Source of the DNA: Podarcis muralis
Lineage: Eukaryota
Assembly: GCF_964188315.1 (NCBI RefSeq)
Contig: NC_135667.1
Coordinates: 21,638,001 to 21,702,000, forward strand
DNA: 64,000 bases
Direction of reading: 5' to 3'
A program made the position numbers and the translations under genes. Below the pieces are notes generated by a model. That model saw only the letters and a list, made by a program, of their open reading frames with translations, was not told where the DNA came from and searched no databases. Of this stretch, positions 49,022 through 62,351 are shown piece after piece (within the stretch, counting starts at the first letter, position 1; each line of letters starts with the position of its first letter).

Positions 49022-49495
49022 GTAAGTACCAGCAAGGAGGTAGTGACATTTCACCAGTGTGCTTCAGAAATGTCTCAGTCTTTCAGTGTGATGGGGCCAG
49101 CTAGGCATGGCAACACTAGCAGTTGCATCAATATCATGTTAGAATGAAAAGCTGGTGGGTCCCCTGATTTGGATTGGGACTCTGGTAGTGGTGTGTGTGG
49201 CATTTAACTCTTTGGCGTTTAACCCTTTGAACCCCTGCTGACATCCCAGTCCGGATAAGGCCCTTTGCACCTGCTAACAACGCTAAAAAGGAACTTATTC
49301 AGTGCAAAGGCTAAAAGTGTGAAGGTGTCATGGCTAGTATGGACCACTGTTGGCTTTGAATCACAGCCTGGAGGTTGCTGGATCCTGGGAAACCCATTTT
49401 TTAAATGCTCTTTGACTGTTAGTCAGCGACTCCATCCCTTGCTGCAGTATCACACCCCAATGCATTTTCTTTTCTGTTTCATTTCTGTTTCTCAG

Positions 49496-49767
49496 ACTGA
49501 ATCCTTTCTCAGACATCACCGTGACCTTGGGAGCATATCAACTTGCAAATAGAAGCTCCAAATCCCAGACCGTTCCTGTCGCCCAAGTAATCCGTAACAT
49601 AGCATTTAATGGGACTGGGACAAGAGGGGACATCGCCTTATTGAGGCTCCAAAGACCCATGAACTATACCCCATACTTCCTCCCAGTGTGTGTGCCATTT
49701 CCTTCAGCTGTGTTCCCTGAGGGCATGGCGTGCTTTGTGACTGGATGGGGAAACATTGGCTTTGATG
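49496..49767 (+). CDS. Paralogue D exon 4 (catalytic Asp)
   Basis: tttctcag|..ITVTLGAYQL..TRGDIALLRL..FLPVCVP..CFVTGWGNIGFD|gtgaga; 272 nt. Confidence 0.95.
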
Positions 49768-50541
49768 GTGAGAGCCTGGTGAGAACATGGGGTTGGAGGT
49801 CAACCTGGAATGAATTCTGAAAGAGAGTAGTATGTTTTGGGAGGGTTTATCCTTTAGTCATGGGGATCCCTTGAGCCAGAAGTGGCTCACTGGGTAGCAC
49901 AGATGGCTATTCTAGCTTCTTGACAGAGTGGTTGCTTACTGGTAGGGAGAGGGAATGGATCTGCTGGTGTTTGTGAAATGTCAACCTTCTCACACCTTGC
50001 CTCTCCCCCTCCTGGTGGCCACCACTGATAAGGCCCTGCTTTAACAGATGTGAGTCTAGTTGTTGTGAATGATGGTACCTGGAAGAAGCCTTCTTCAGAG
50101 GGGGAAAGGTTTATATGGGAAGATATGCTGATTAGATACTCGCGTCCTAAGCTGTTTACAGCTTTAAAGGTTAACACCAGTACTTTAACTTAGCCCCTGT
50201 AACTATTTGGAGGTAGCTGGTAAGGACATTTGAAAACTGGAATTGTATTCTCCCTGTGGCTGGCTCCAGAAAGTAGCCAGCCCACCATGTTCCAGTAAGG
50301 CTTATCTCTTTTGTGTTGCCTGTTGACCCTTGTCTACTGATTCAGTCACGATGCAGATCTTTACAGTGCAACAGGTTTGTTAAGCAGAGTCATACAGAGG
50401 CTCTTAATTCAGGCCTTACAGCAGAATTTCTCCTTGGCCACAGGAAGAAAGGGAGAGGGCAGTCTTGAGGCAGGGTTGCACAGGGTTGCACATTCACCAT
50501 GCCTGAATACAACTCACTTTTCTTCTCCTTTGCATTCTTAG

Positions 50542-50702
50542 TACCACTTCCATCTCCTCAGAAGCTGCAACAAGTCCAGGTCTCCCTCATAGATGTTGAC
50601 AGATGCAACGAGATGTTCAATGAGCCCCCAACTGGGTACAATCCTGTCAAAGACAACATGATTTGCGCTGGATATAAAGAAGGAGGAAAGGACGCTTGCC
50701 TG
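50542..50702 (+). CDS. Paralogue D exon 5
   Basis: attcttag|..PLPSPQKLQQVQVSLIDVDRCNEMF..MICAGYKEGGKDACL|gtgagc; 161 nt. Confidence 0.95.
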
Positions 50703-50893
50703 GTGAGCAATTTGACAGTTGTCTTGAATGGTTTCTTGATGTTTCCAGATGTTCCTGGCCTATTTCTCAGAGACTTCTACAGATGCTCAATAAGGTCTCT
50801 ATGTGGTCAAGGAGCAGGCACTGAGATACTGGTTGCCTGGGGACAGATTCTGAGGGGCGTTATTATTCCCTGCTTCTGCTTGTTTGTTTCTAG

Positions 50894-51181
<288 letters not shown>

Positions 51182-51766
51182 GGAGTTCCTTGCCAGGTTG
51201 CCGCTGTAGAATCAGTGCTGAATTTGGGTACATTGTAGGCAGCCCCAGGTTGTGGGGAACCTTTGGGCCTCAAGATGTTGCTGAATTCTGACTCCCACTG
51301 GCCATACTCACTGTGACTGATGGGAGTTGTAGTTCAGCAGCACCTGGAGGGCCAAATGTTCCCCACACCTGGTATCCTGCTTGAAGGATGATTTGGGTTG
51401 CAGCTTGAAGATCAGTAGGGCAAAGCATTTCTGTCCCATAGTAAGTGAAGGGTAGGTGCCATAATTGTTCTGGTTCCTGGACAAGAGATTACCAAAGCGC
51501 CCTAGAATTCTTTGCCTTCTGCCTTCTTGCATTGTGAAAAGATCCTCTTGTTTGAAAATAATAATATAATCAGGTTTCTAGTCCAAATAGCAGTGAAGAC
51601 AAATGTGAAAGCACATTGACTATCCCAGGGGAAATCTCAGAAGCCAGGAAGGGGACTAACCCCCTGTTTGTGGGTCATGCATGGGCTTCTGGTTGGCTAT
51701 TGTGAGAAAAGAATGCTGGTCTGGATAGGCTAGTTCTCAAACTTTTTTCTCTGGGCCACACTTCAG

Positions 51767-51772
51767 AATAAA
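51767..51772 (+). terminator. Candidate poly(A) signal for paralogue D
   Basis: AATAAA about 590 nt downstream of the stop codon. Confidence 0.3.
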
Positions 51773-52324
51773 ATTTTCCTTCCAAGCCATTTTTTTAAAT
51801 TGATAAGCAATACATTGGAAAACAAAAAGAAGCAACTCATAGCAGTACTTGATTTATAACATAGAACACAACTACTTTATGATATAATCAAGGGAAATCT
51901 AGAAAATATAAAACAATGACTAATAATAATAATAAGTCACTTGTACCCTGATCATGTGACTGGGTTGCCCCAACCACTCTGGGCATCTTCCAATGGAACA
52001 GGAATCATTCTCAAAACATAATATTGATTTTCCTTGAATCTTCCTGCCGCACTTGCCATCCTCTCCTTGTGAGGTTTGAAATCCAAAGAGCTAAGTCTTT
52101 TTGGGGGGTGGAATGGGGAATGGGACAATGGAAAGTTTGTGTGTATATGTGTTGACACTGTGCTGAAATCTGTCATCCAATTTTTGGAAATATTTCTTTG
52201 TTGCAATAAAGGCTTCTGTTTATTTGCCTCATCGCAGGTTGCTTTCAAATTACTTAATATTTCAGTGAGTTTGGGATTGAGCTTTCGCCTTATCTTTCCA
52301 AGGGGGCTGAAAGTAGTGTGTGTT

Positions 52325-52461
52325 CCCCTTGACACAGAGGGTCATTGAGTCTGACCCCCTGCAATGCAGGGGTCTTTTTGCCCAAACCTTTGTAGGGCTT
52401 GAACCCACAAAACTGTGAGATTAAGAGTCTCATGCTCTACCAACTGAGCTATCAGCCAGGC
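52325..52461 (-). mobile_element. tRNA-Lys(CTT)-derived SINE with a CR1-type tail
   Basis: gcctggctgatagctcagttggtagagcatgagactcttaatctca..ggttcaagccc, then cctgcattgcagggggtcagact. Confidence 0.75.
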
Positions 52462-53475
52462 GAAAGAAAGCACCTGAGGATGGTGCAGAGCAGGGCTGAG
52501 CAGGGCTGTGGCTTGGAGAGAGTCCTGAGAGTCAGATAAAGGGGCAATACACCTACAATAAAACATGTTCTTGACACAAGTGCATTCATGGCAGATTTAT
52601 TCTGCTTTATTAGTTCTTGGATGCTTCCCCAAAGCTACCACATTATTGCTGCCTGGTGGGGCTATAGCACAACAAAAATGGAATACCCCCCCCCCCCGCA
52701 CTAGAGAACATGTATGGCACAAAATGTTGCAGGATTTCAGCAGGTAATTACAGGATATACCTTGATTGGAAATGAAGCAGTAGAATGTCCTCCCCCCAAA
52801 AAAAGTTTTGCAGGAGCAAATATTATTGAAAGCATGATCACTTATGCAGGCATGAATATAAATACTCATGATGCATAATTAAAGGGTCACCTGGAGGGTT
52901 TTGCCCATGTGAATCAGGCCTGCATGCTCCCTCTTGAGTATGCCTTCCTTTGTTCGCAACAACACCATTTAGCCGTTCTACCATTGAGAAAATGGAATTT
53001 CCGCACAATGTAAGTTGCTGCAGTTTTTCATTTATTCCACAAAGAACTGGCACCAAGTTCATATCCAGAAAAAGGCACACTAACAGGTATCCTGTTTTGT
53101 TTATTCAGGCTAACACAGCACAAGAGGGATTTCTCCCTCCCTCCCTTGCCTTCGCTCCTGCCACTCTACTTGGAGAACCTTGTTTCTTGGAAGAGGGCCT
53201 TATATCTAGGAATCTAAGTTGACCAAACTCATCACAGCAAAACCTGACCAAGCTGGGAGGGGGCAAAAGGCCAGTAAGGCGTGGTTACCTGGAGGGGACA
53301 GAAAGCGTAGTGGGTGGGCAGACAGGTTGGGTCACATTCTCCCAGGAGGCTGCCAGGAAGTGCCTGCCTGTTTCGTTGCACACCTAAGTTCTCGCAGAAG
53401 CAGAAGCAAACCTGGAGGGCTGTAGCTTTGAGGTTGCCCTGCTCCCCTGGAGGTGAGGCAGGGCCCTTCTGCACT

Positions 53476-53527
53476 ATGAGAATCTTCCTCTCCTTTTTCT
53501 GCCTCTCTATGCCACCCCTGATACAGG
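53476..53527 (+). CDS. Paralogue E exon 1 (signal peptide)
   Basis: MRIFLSFFCLSMPPLIQ-G|gtaagt; phase 1; resembles exon 1 of D. Confidence 0.65.
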
Positions 53528-53534
53528 GTAAGTC

Positions 53535-53537
<3 letters not shown>

Positions 53538-53574
<37 letters not shown>

Positions 53575-53597
53575 TGCACGCGTGTGTGTGTGTGCAT
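53538..53597. repeat. (GT)n microsatellite just 3' of E exon 1
   Basis: Seen directly in the sequence. Confidence 0.9.
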
Positions 53598-54433
53598 GTA
53601 TCTAAGATTCTCTTTCTCTGGATAAAACTAAAGTGGGTGGTAGTTTCCAGTGGGGTATCTGGGCTGTTTGGGAAGAGACAGAGGTGATAACAGGGAAGTT
53701 ACTACACCAGAGTTTTGCTTTAGAATATAAGAAAGCAGGTGACACTAGGACTTCATTGGTTAGAAAGTAGATTATCTTCCTCCCCCACATCTGCTTTGAA
53801 GACAAGTGATTATATAGGACTGTGTTTTACAGTCTGTGGAATCATGTCCCTGTGCAAATGATGTTCCATGCTAGATACTGTGCCCTTGCTGACTCCGCTA
53901 ACCAGCCCCTTGTCATTCCTCCAGATTCACCCCGTAGAGCTTCCCCTTCACACCCCATGCAGCTACTAAGTTTGCTCTTCACTTTCCCAACCTCATTTCC
54001 CAAGCCACTTCTCCCTTCTATTCTACAGCCCCACTTTGCACCCCGTTTTCACCTTCACCCCGTGTCTTCCTCTTTCTTTTGTGCAACCCCACTTGCCCAC
54101 AATCCACTTGCAGGGTAATCTCCTGCATCTTCTACCTCTCTTGCATTGCAAATACTGAACACCCTTTTCATTTTTTGTCCAACTATGAAGCCACCACCAG
54201 CTCCTATTCTTTAGACCCTTTCATGCCTCGGCATTCTGTTTCAACTCCATTTCCATGCCTCCTTCTCTCTCCTTTTTTGGAACCCTCTATGTGCTTTCCA
54301 TTTTCTCTTCTGTTCTTCCTACTTTTCTCAGCACTCCCTTGTACACAGATCAACCCCATTTCCATGCCTCCTCATCTTCCCCATTCTGCAGCCGCTTTTA
54401 TGCCAACACTTTATGCAGATATACAGTATGTTA

Positions 54434-54642
54434 CAGTGATACCATGGGTTAAGAACTTAATTAGTTCCGGAGGTCCATTCTTAACCTGAAGCACCACTTT
54501 AGCTAATGGGGCCTCCTGCTGCTGCTGTGCCACCGGAGCACGATTTCTGTTCTCATCCTGAAGCAAAGTTCTTAACCCAAGGTACTATTTCTGGGTTAGC
54601 AAAGTCTGTAACCTGAAGCATCTGTAACCCGAGGTACCACTG
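54434..54642. mobile_element. Tigger-type MITE
   Basis: TA flanks; cagtgataccatgggttaa / taacccgaggtaccactg. Confidence 0.75.
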
Positions 54643-55299
54643 TACTGTAGATTCTTAACAGCAAGTACGTTGGCTTATTCTGCTAGAGAAGGCTAAACTC
54701 TGTTGATCAATGTTGCGTATATGTATCTGTATATTGCTACAAAAGTTGGGCGCCACCGCCAATTTCTATTCAGCTGTGCCAAGATTCTAGGAGGGTTCCA
54801 GACGCTCACCCAGGATCTGTGTTCCTTTGAGAATAAAGACGTAGCAGAGACTGTCCTAGCTTTAGGAAATATTATTCACATATTTACACCTGTGTTTGTT
54901 TGGAGGGAGTTCAGATCTTACAGGATGGTCATCTCAAGAGTGGCTTGTTCCCTGCATCTCCCCCAGCCTCCCTTCAGCCATCCTGCCAAAGATGGATCTC
55001 TGTCTTTGTTTCCCCCTTCTCGTTCTCAGCACACCTTGCTAAATGCACTCTTTTCCTGTCACATCACATGCACACCCTGTCACATTGCCAACCTCTGTCT
55101 GCTCAGGCCCAATGATTCCTCTTAGATGGGCCATCAACCCCTTTTGTCATGTTAACACCTCTTTCCCTGGGGGGCGTTGGCTTGGAAAGGAAGCTTAACC
55201 TGTATTTTTCCACTGGCCTGGAATCTTAATATTAACAAGGTTCTGACATTCATTAATTTCTTGGGTTTAGGGGTCCCTCCCCTCCAATTCACAACATCA

Positions 55300-55315
55300 T
55301 ATCTATCTATCTATC

Positions 55316-55356
<41 letters not shown>

Positions 55357-55392
55357 CCTACCTACCTACCTACCTACCTACCTACCTATCTA
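55300..55392. repeat. (ATCT)n(ACCT)n microsatellite
   Basis: Seen directly in the sequence. Confidence 0.9.
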
Positions 55393-55863
55393 TGGGTGTC
55401 CACTTTGACTTCACCCCCAAAGGCTCATTCCTCCATTGTCTCCTGAGACAGACAGATGCCAACAATTTTTTCTCGTTAATAAAATATGTCTTCGAAATTA
55501 CTACACTGAATCTGGAACGGCATGTTGAAGACAACACATGGTATCAGGAGTGAAATACATTGTGTGAAACTTTTGAGGGCTATTCATCCTTTATTCTGTC
55601 ACCTGAAGCAGCTGAGGAATGGCCAGTTTTTGTTCCTCGTCTTTTCCTTCTCACTGTACTCAGACAATGGCAGAAGTGTGAGGGGGTGGTGGGGGTGGAG
55701 ACCATCTGAGATGAAAATTGTGGTTTTAAACAATGGCAGAGGTTTGACTAAAGCAAGGATGGAGTAAGACAGAGGGTTTTTATTAAAAAAAGCAACAACC
55801 CCAAATCCCAGTTTTAACAAAGAGAAGTAGCAGAGATGTGTACTGTGTAAAGAGATGTGGTGA

Positions 55864-56312
55864 TGTCATGGAAGGGATGGTCAGTTCCTGAGGAGTGGGA
55901 GGAGATCAAGGGTTTGGAACTAGATGGCACAGAGGAGGGTCCAAGCAGGTGGTGGTGAAATTGGGGTCCCAAGAAATATCTGAGCCAGAGGCTGGGACTA
56001 GGATGAAGAGAGCCAGGAGCTGGATCTTGGGGAGGGTCCAAGCAGGTTGACAGAGAGGATTCTGCCCCTGTGTCACTGAGCACATCTAGTCAGGCATCTC
56101 CTAAACTTGAGCTATTTGCCACACTGAGGGTTGTGTCCACCCCACTCTTCAATTGGAAGAGACAGAAGGTGTGCTGCTTCTTGGATCAGCATCTCAGCTT
56201 CTGCTCAGCCATGTAATATGCCTGCTGTGCCTTTTAACTATTGCCCTGCCTCATTAAAGATTTTGGGAGAAACAGAAGCCTAAGTTTGAATTCTTCAGTG
56301 TTGGCCAGGACA
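55864..56312 (+). mobile_element. Degenerate solo LTR-like element
   Basis: Starts TGTCATGG, has a purine-rich 5' half and ATTAAA, and ends ..ccaggaca; architecture like the 63468 element; no TSD found. Confidence 0.35.
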
Positions 56313-56358
56313 ACAACATAGAAGCTAACACCACAGAGCTGTTGCCAACTCTTTCTTC

Positions 56359-56600
56359 TGTTTTAAACTGCCACTCTCTCTGCCTCAGTGTCACCCCTGC
56401 TCACTCTATTCAAAACTCTGCCATTGTTTGAAACTACCAATTCCCCACTCTGTTTCCTCCATCCCTGCTTTATTCAAGCCTCTGGTGTTGTTTAAAACTG
56501 CCATTTCCCCATGTCCTTCCACTCCTGCTTTACTCTAACTTTTGCTGCTGTTTTAAACCACTGCTTCTGCACCCTCAGTGTTGTTCCCTTCTTGCTCCCA
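56359..56600. repeat. Degenerate minisatellite, four units of about 60-66 nt
   Basis: Units start tgttt(t/g/a)aaac at 56359, 56425, 56489 and 56549; the first three share cctgct later in the unit. Confidence 0.55.
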
Positions 56601-56919
56601 TGTCATGGCCCCTGCCTTCTCCTTTGCTCCCCTCCCACACCCTGACGTCAAGCTATTCAGGTTTCTGATGAGGCACTACAAATCCTGCAATGGTGGCTGC
56701 ACGATTTTATGTATACAGGAAGATAATTGGGTGGGATGACTGCTGACCTTCTTGGGAGGCAGTAGGGCCTAGTGATTTGGGCAGATGAGTTGGGAAATTG
56801 GGGGCTCCCCAGTACCATCTCCAGTGGTGGAATGGGAGTGGGAGGCTGTATGGATCTTTGACGTAATTGAATGTGTTTCCTTCTCCAGACTTCATACAGT
56901 TATTATGTGATAGAGATTA

Positions 56920-57286
56920 AAGGTAAAGGTAAAGGTAAAGGTAAAGGGACCCCTGACCATTAGGTCCAGTTGTGACTGACTCTGGGGTTGTGGCACTCAT
57001 CTCCCTTTATTGGCTGAGGGAGCTGGCGTACTGCTTCCGGGTCATGTGGCCAGCATGACTAAGCCGCTTCTGGCAAACCAGAGCAGCGCATGGAAACGCC
57101 GTTTACCTTCCCGCCGGAGTGGTACCAATTTATCTACTTGCACTTTGATGTGCTTTTGAACTGCTAGGTTGGCAGGAGCAGGGACTGAGCAATAGGAGCT
57201 CACCCCGTCGCAGGGATTCAAACCACTGACCTTCTGATCAGCAAGTCCTAGGCTCTGTGGTTTAACCCACAGCGCCACCCGCATCC
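56920..57286 (-). mobile_element. Full-length Sauria SINE with TSD
   Basis: 13-bp TSD gtgatagagatta (56907-56919 and 57287-57299); (AAGGTA)n tail. Confidence 0.95.
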
Positions 57287-58159
57287 GTGATAGAGATTAC
57301 ATAGGGCTAAAAGAGGTGGCATTTCAGCACTATTACAGGGCACACTCCTGCACAGGCTTCTCAGTTGTGTGTGAGTGACTGTGGGTCACGTCCCCCAGTT
57401 ACCTGGAACCTTGTCTGTGTGAAGTTAACATTTCTGGAATGCATACAGATGTGTGCTTGTGTATGTGGGAAAATATGGAATTAGGGGAGAGGATCAGGAT
57501 TCCTGGGTTCATTCCCTAGCTTTGCAAGGGGAATGCTGTCAAGGAGTCAGCACTCCTGGCCTGGGGGTGGGCAACCAGAACTTTCTGGAAGCAGACTAGA
57601 GTGCAGTTTGCATAAGAGCAGGTGAGTATGGCTGCCAATTGAGCATTTTCTGGCTGGCTTGTCAGGCGTCTGGGCTGGCTGCCAGACTGCAAATGGGAAG
57701 CTCTAAGAAGAGAAAAGCTTTCTTGTTTAGTTTGCTTCCAGTTCTGGCTTCTTCCCCTGCTTGTTATTTCGTTAATTCAAAAACAATTTTCAACATGCAT
57801 GCATTGTGCATGCAGGTACGCTGCGCAGAAGAAAGTTCACCTGGAAATTTTTTGGAAGTGTGTGTGCACTAGGAAGGCGCCATGTGCATGAAAAGGTGGC
57901 ACCCAATATGTGGAGATGTTGTCTTCCACTTTTCCAGTGTCCCACCACTATTTGAAGATTGCTCTTTCCTAGTGAACCATATGGGCAGACCCTCCCCACC
58001 CCCAATTGTGTCCCTGGGCACAATTTGTATGTCATGACATTGCATCATTTTTAGTGACATTCTGTTCCAGGAACATGGACAGGCTCCAAAGAGCAGCCAA
58101 GTTCCTGCTTGAAGAGGAGGAAAGCCTTTTGTTTACATATATATATATATTTAAAAAAA

Positions 58160-58660
58160 GGGGGGGGGTAGAAAATCCCATATATATATATTTAATTGTA
58201 TTTTCAGTTTTACAAACAGTAACAAAAAAGAAATAAAATAAAACACAATACAAACAATGTATCCCCTTTGACTTCCCTCCCTCCTTTTGTGGATCATTAT
58301 GTTATTTTCCTTCTGCATCTTCTCAATAATTCCAATTATTATAAACCCTTAATCAATCCATAATTCCATTTTTTACTACAAGATTTCTGTCAATCCAACT
58401 AATGTGTGTTTACAATAATTTTTCAAATATGTTATATACTTTATCATTTACTTATTATAATTTGATTCTTCCTGCTTCCTGATTCTTCCTGTAAGTTTTG
58501 CCATTTCAGCATAGTTCATTAGTTTTTTATCTGCCACTCTTCCTTGCTTGGGACTGTATCTTCTTTCAATCTATGAGCTAGCAAAGTCCGGGTGGCTGTG
58601 GTCGCAGACATAAACACTTTCCTCTGGTATTCTTGGTTTCCTTGGAAGGTTAGTGAGTCA
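58160..58660 (-). mobile_element. 5'-truncated L1 (ORF2 C-terminus and 3'UTR)
   Basis: VFMSATTATRTLLAHR..VPSKEEWQ..MNYAEMAKLTGRIR. Confidence 0.8.
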
Positions 58661-59256
58661 GGAACTAACCAGACTCGCTTTTTTTAATGACAAAGCAGTT
58701 GCATGCTGTTTGATTGGGGAACCAGCACAGAGGGAGGGGATGTTTAACTCTTTCCTAATGGGTCATCATCATGATCTAAATGGCTCCCACCAATACCAAA
58801 TGGATCCCTAGAAGGACAGACAAATACAGCAGCCTTTTCCCAGGGGCAACTGAGTAACAATGTGTATGCTAAGTGCCCCTCTCCCAGTGCCACTACTTCA
58901 GTCATATCAGAAGTCCCATGTAGCCTCTGTGAAGTACAAACCACTTTCTGGAGTACCTGGTCATTGCACTCTTGCATCACATCTAGTTTGGTCTTTTGAT
59001 CAAAAGTGTGGGATCTGTGACTGCAGTACATGGGTGGTATGTTTGCAATTCTTCCATACTGTTTGTCACATGCGCTAAGCTCACCAACCTTTTGCAGAAA
59101 AACAACAACTGCCTGAGGAGTTTACTCTGTTCGGGTCATTTACTCAGTTAATCCTCTTTAACAGACTGAGTTTGCAGTGAGATCCTACTGTAAAAGTTTT
59201 TTTTTTTTTTTTTTTGCTTCCATGCATTTAGGTATTTAGAGAAAGAATACAAATTA

Positions 59257-59342
59257 CCGTATTTTTCGCTCTATAGGACACACTTTTCCCCTCCAAAAAT
59301 TAAGGGGAAATGTGTGTGCGTCCTATAGAGCGAAAAATACGG
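59257..59342. mobile_element. 86-bp minimal MITE with the same TIR type as 4211-4787
   Basis: ccgtatttttcgctctatagga / tcctatagagcgaaaaatacgg, preceded by TA. Confidence 0.85.
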
Positions 59343-60324
59343 TCATAAATGCCAGTCCCCCCATTGCCCTGTCTCCTCCACCTTGCAAAATCTGCTTGCC
59401 AACAGGTGTCCTGTCGAAACTGCACTTTGTAGTCAATGTGACTCCCTGACTGCCTGGTTAGTGTGTAAAAGCTCAATCAATTCTTACAAACAGTTGAGGG
59501 GATGGATCTGTGTCTGAACTCTACCACTCCAGACTGTAGGTGAGAGTTCATATGGTTCAATGCCCACTTGCTTTGTGGGAAATAAATGAATGTCTCTTCA
59601 CACAGAAAGGGCAATGGTGGTAGCCTAACCTTAACCATGAAACACTAAGGCTGCGTACACACAATACCTTTAAAGCACATTTGAAACACATCGTTTGCTG
59701 GCCAGCCTTCAGCTCCACAGCAGCACGAGGTGGAAAATGGAGAGAAAGCCCTGGAATAAGGAAACTGCAATTAAATAACAATTTCAATAGGAGCCTGGCA
59801 AACCTTTTTTTTTATTATTTATTTCCATTTGGAAAGAATGCTCTCACTGTTTGTGGGGACTAGGCCTAAGATAAGAAAACCACAATTGCTCTGTATCAGA
59901 ATCTCACAAGAGCCTATGTGGGGCAGATGTTAAGTACACAACAAGCATTCATATCTGAAGCGAGTTCTGTTGGAATTATGTGTTTTAAGAAGCTGTGCCC
60001 ATAAAAAGGTGTGGCTTGGAATGCTCAAATGACTACCAGGCTCCCCCTGGGCTCCAAGAAATGGCAGGGTGGGGAAAAGAAAACAATCAGTGGATTACAA
60101 AATGGTTATCATTTTGCAGCTTTCCCCCTGCCACACTGCCACAGACAGTCCCAAGAGTCTCAAGACATACCTCACCAAAGAGAAAGATTTCACCCTCAAT
60201 CAAAGAGCTCAATCACTTCTCTGTTGTTTTTGGAAGGGTGGGCAACAATATTACAACGGGGTGTGTGTGTATCAATATTGTAACAATATAATATGGGAGT
60301 AAATATGGTAACAGAGATCACGAG

Positions 60325-60660
60325 TTGTTGGCATCCATTTGTCCCAGGAGACAAATGGTGCCACTTTGGGGGTGAAGTCAATCTGCTGGGAGGTTACAGT
60401 CCCTGCTGTGGCTGTAGAGACCAATGCGGGAGAGACATGTTTTGTTGTAGCTGGGGCAGATGAAGGTGTCTGGTTTGCTGCTGCAGATGCACCATGGCGT
60501 TTCTTCTCTTCAAGTACTGCAGGGTTCAACTCCATTCCAATGCGTTTCAGATGACTAGCCACCTGAGGCAGCGCTGCCTTATGGTAGGGACCACCACAGA
60601 TGCCCCCATGAACCTGGTGCCCCAAGTTGTCACCTGGGTTGTCTTGGCCCTGACTCACCA
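60325..60660 (-). mobile_element. RTE-clade LINE 3' fragment (deleted and frameshifted)
   Basis: TIRQRCLRWL, EEKKRHGASAAA and TFICPSYNKTCLSRIGLYSHSRDC (zinc-finger-like end) in shifting frames; the same tail occurs at 55395-55466 on the plus strand. Confidence 0.75.
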
Positions 60661-60812
60661 TTGTTCCTTCAAGGACACCTTCTGTTTACCTTTTTCTTTT
60701 TTCAATGTTATGATTTTATTTGGTTTCCTCTTCCTGGTTCTTGTTTATACCTAAACAATCTGGTTCCCAAGCTTTGCCTCTGATGATGTCATTTAATCAT
60801 TTTTTCACTCAG

Positions 60813-60839
60813 GTGTCCTGAAACATGAAACTCAAAGCG
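60813..60839 (+). CDS. Paralogue E candidate micro-exon 2a (27 nt)
   Basis: tttttcactcag|GTGTCCTGAAACATGAAACTCAAAGCG|gtgagt; phase 1 to 1, encodes (G)VLKHETQS. Confidence 0.5.
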
Positions 60840-62351
60840 GTGAGTATCTCTTTCATCTGGACCATGTGCAAAATGTACCGAACCGCGCAATAGACATGCT
60901 AAGCAATGCGTGTGCTCCGGCAGTAATCCTATAATCTACAAGGAAATGTTCTCCCCCCTCCCCTGCAGAATTGTTAACATTGCTGTTGTCGTAATGGCAG
61001 GGGTTAAGGCAAAGGCTGGGTACACACCATAAGCTATCTTCCATCAAAATTGTTGCAGTGGGTATATGATTTATCAAATTCTTTGTTGGGGATTTTGTGG
61101 AACACAGTCTTGTTTTTCTTTGATAATTGAGAAAGATTAGGAAAAATTATCACATTCCAAAGAAAAATTGGGTAAAAAAATATTGCTTCTTTTGAACATT
61201 TCTCACCACTTTTCATTTTGGGGGGCCCATATGACCTTTTGCTTGCTGCCCAGTATCAGCCTTGCTGATTCAGGAAATTATTATTTAATTTGCGTTTCTC
61301 AGCTGTGCGTCAGTAATCTATATTTTTGAATTTTAATGCTAGCACTTTATGAAGTTTCATGGTATTAACTTCATTTATCTTATTTTCTGTAGTGCTCAAT
61401 TAAGTTGTATTAATTAAATAAAATTGATTTTCTGTATGCTTGAAGATTCATAATTCAACACTAGATTTTCTGTGTGCTTATATGAAGGGGTCTAACTTCC
61501 CCTTCAATGTGGTAGTTGCTACAAAGGGAACCATTTCTGCCACATAGAAATCACACTTAGATTTGTCCTCTGAACGGAGCAAACTTCTCACAATAGAACA
61601 AACATGTACTGCTGGAGATGTAAATGAATGAAAGCAGATTTCATATGCATTTTCTGGAATTGTAGCAAAGTACTGTAAAAAGATTCTGGTCTATGACATT
61701 TGACACAATACTGGAAATGGCAGGATATGCTTTATCCCCAAATTCTAAAACAAGCCTTTGAGGATATTGATCATCAGTTAATACAAACTCTACTGACCAT
61801 ATCAAAACTATGTATTGCCAAACTTGCAAATGTACTGTCACCCCAACTGTTACAGAATGGCTGAAGAATACTTGGGAAATAACACTGCCAATAAAGCAAA
61901 TATATAATAGAAGAACACTTTATAATAATTATCAAAACAACTTCATTGAAACACAGTCTACACTTATAGAATTCTGGAATGACAAATTAGCACACGATAT
62001 ATCTCCTTATAACTCATTTACATTAATCTTATTTTCTATCTGTTTATTTCTCACTCTTCCTAATGCAACTTTGCTACTCATATTTTCTCTTCTTTATATT
62101 CTTGCGCAGTTATACTAGAATTAATTAAAAAGATTAGCAAGAAAACAAATCTCGCTTGATTTTTCAGTGCTTGAAATCAGCATCTACATTTTTTAAATCA
62201 AATGTTGAAGCCTCCAACGTAAAATAATGAGATATGGTACTTTGTTGCTCACTATTTTGTTCATCGCTAGTTTTGCTTTAAATATTGCTTACCGGTACTA
62301 TGTACTGAAGACTCAAACGTCCTGTTTCTTCTCTTCCTCTTTTATTTTTAG

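Noticed and set aside
52379-52461. Functional tRNA-Lys(CTT) gene
   Set aside because: Insertions disrupt the acceptor, variable and T stems, and it runs directly into a CR1-type tail, so it is a SINE head
55654-55680. Further micro-exon candidates in E intron 1 (about 55664, 57607 and 59532)
   Set aside because: They have weak acceptors or donors, or lengths that are not multiples of three
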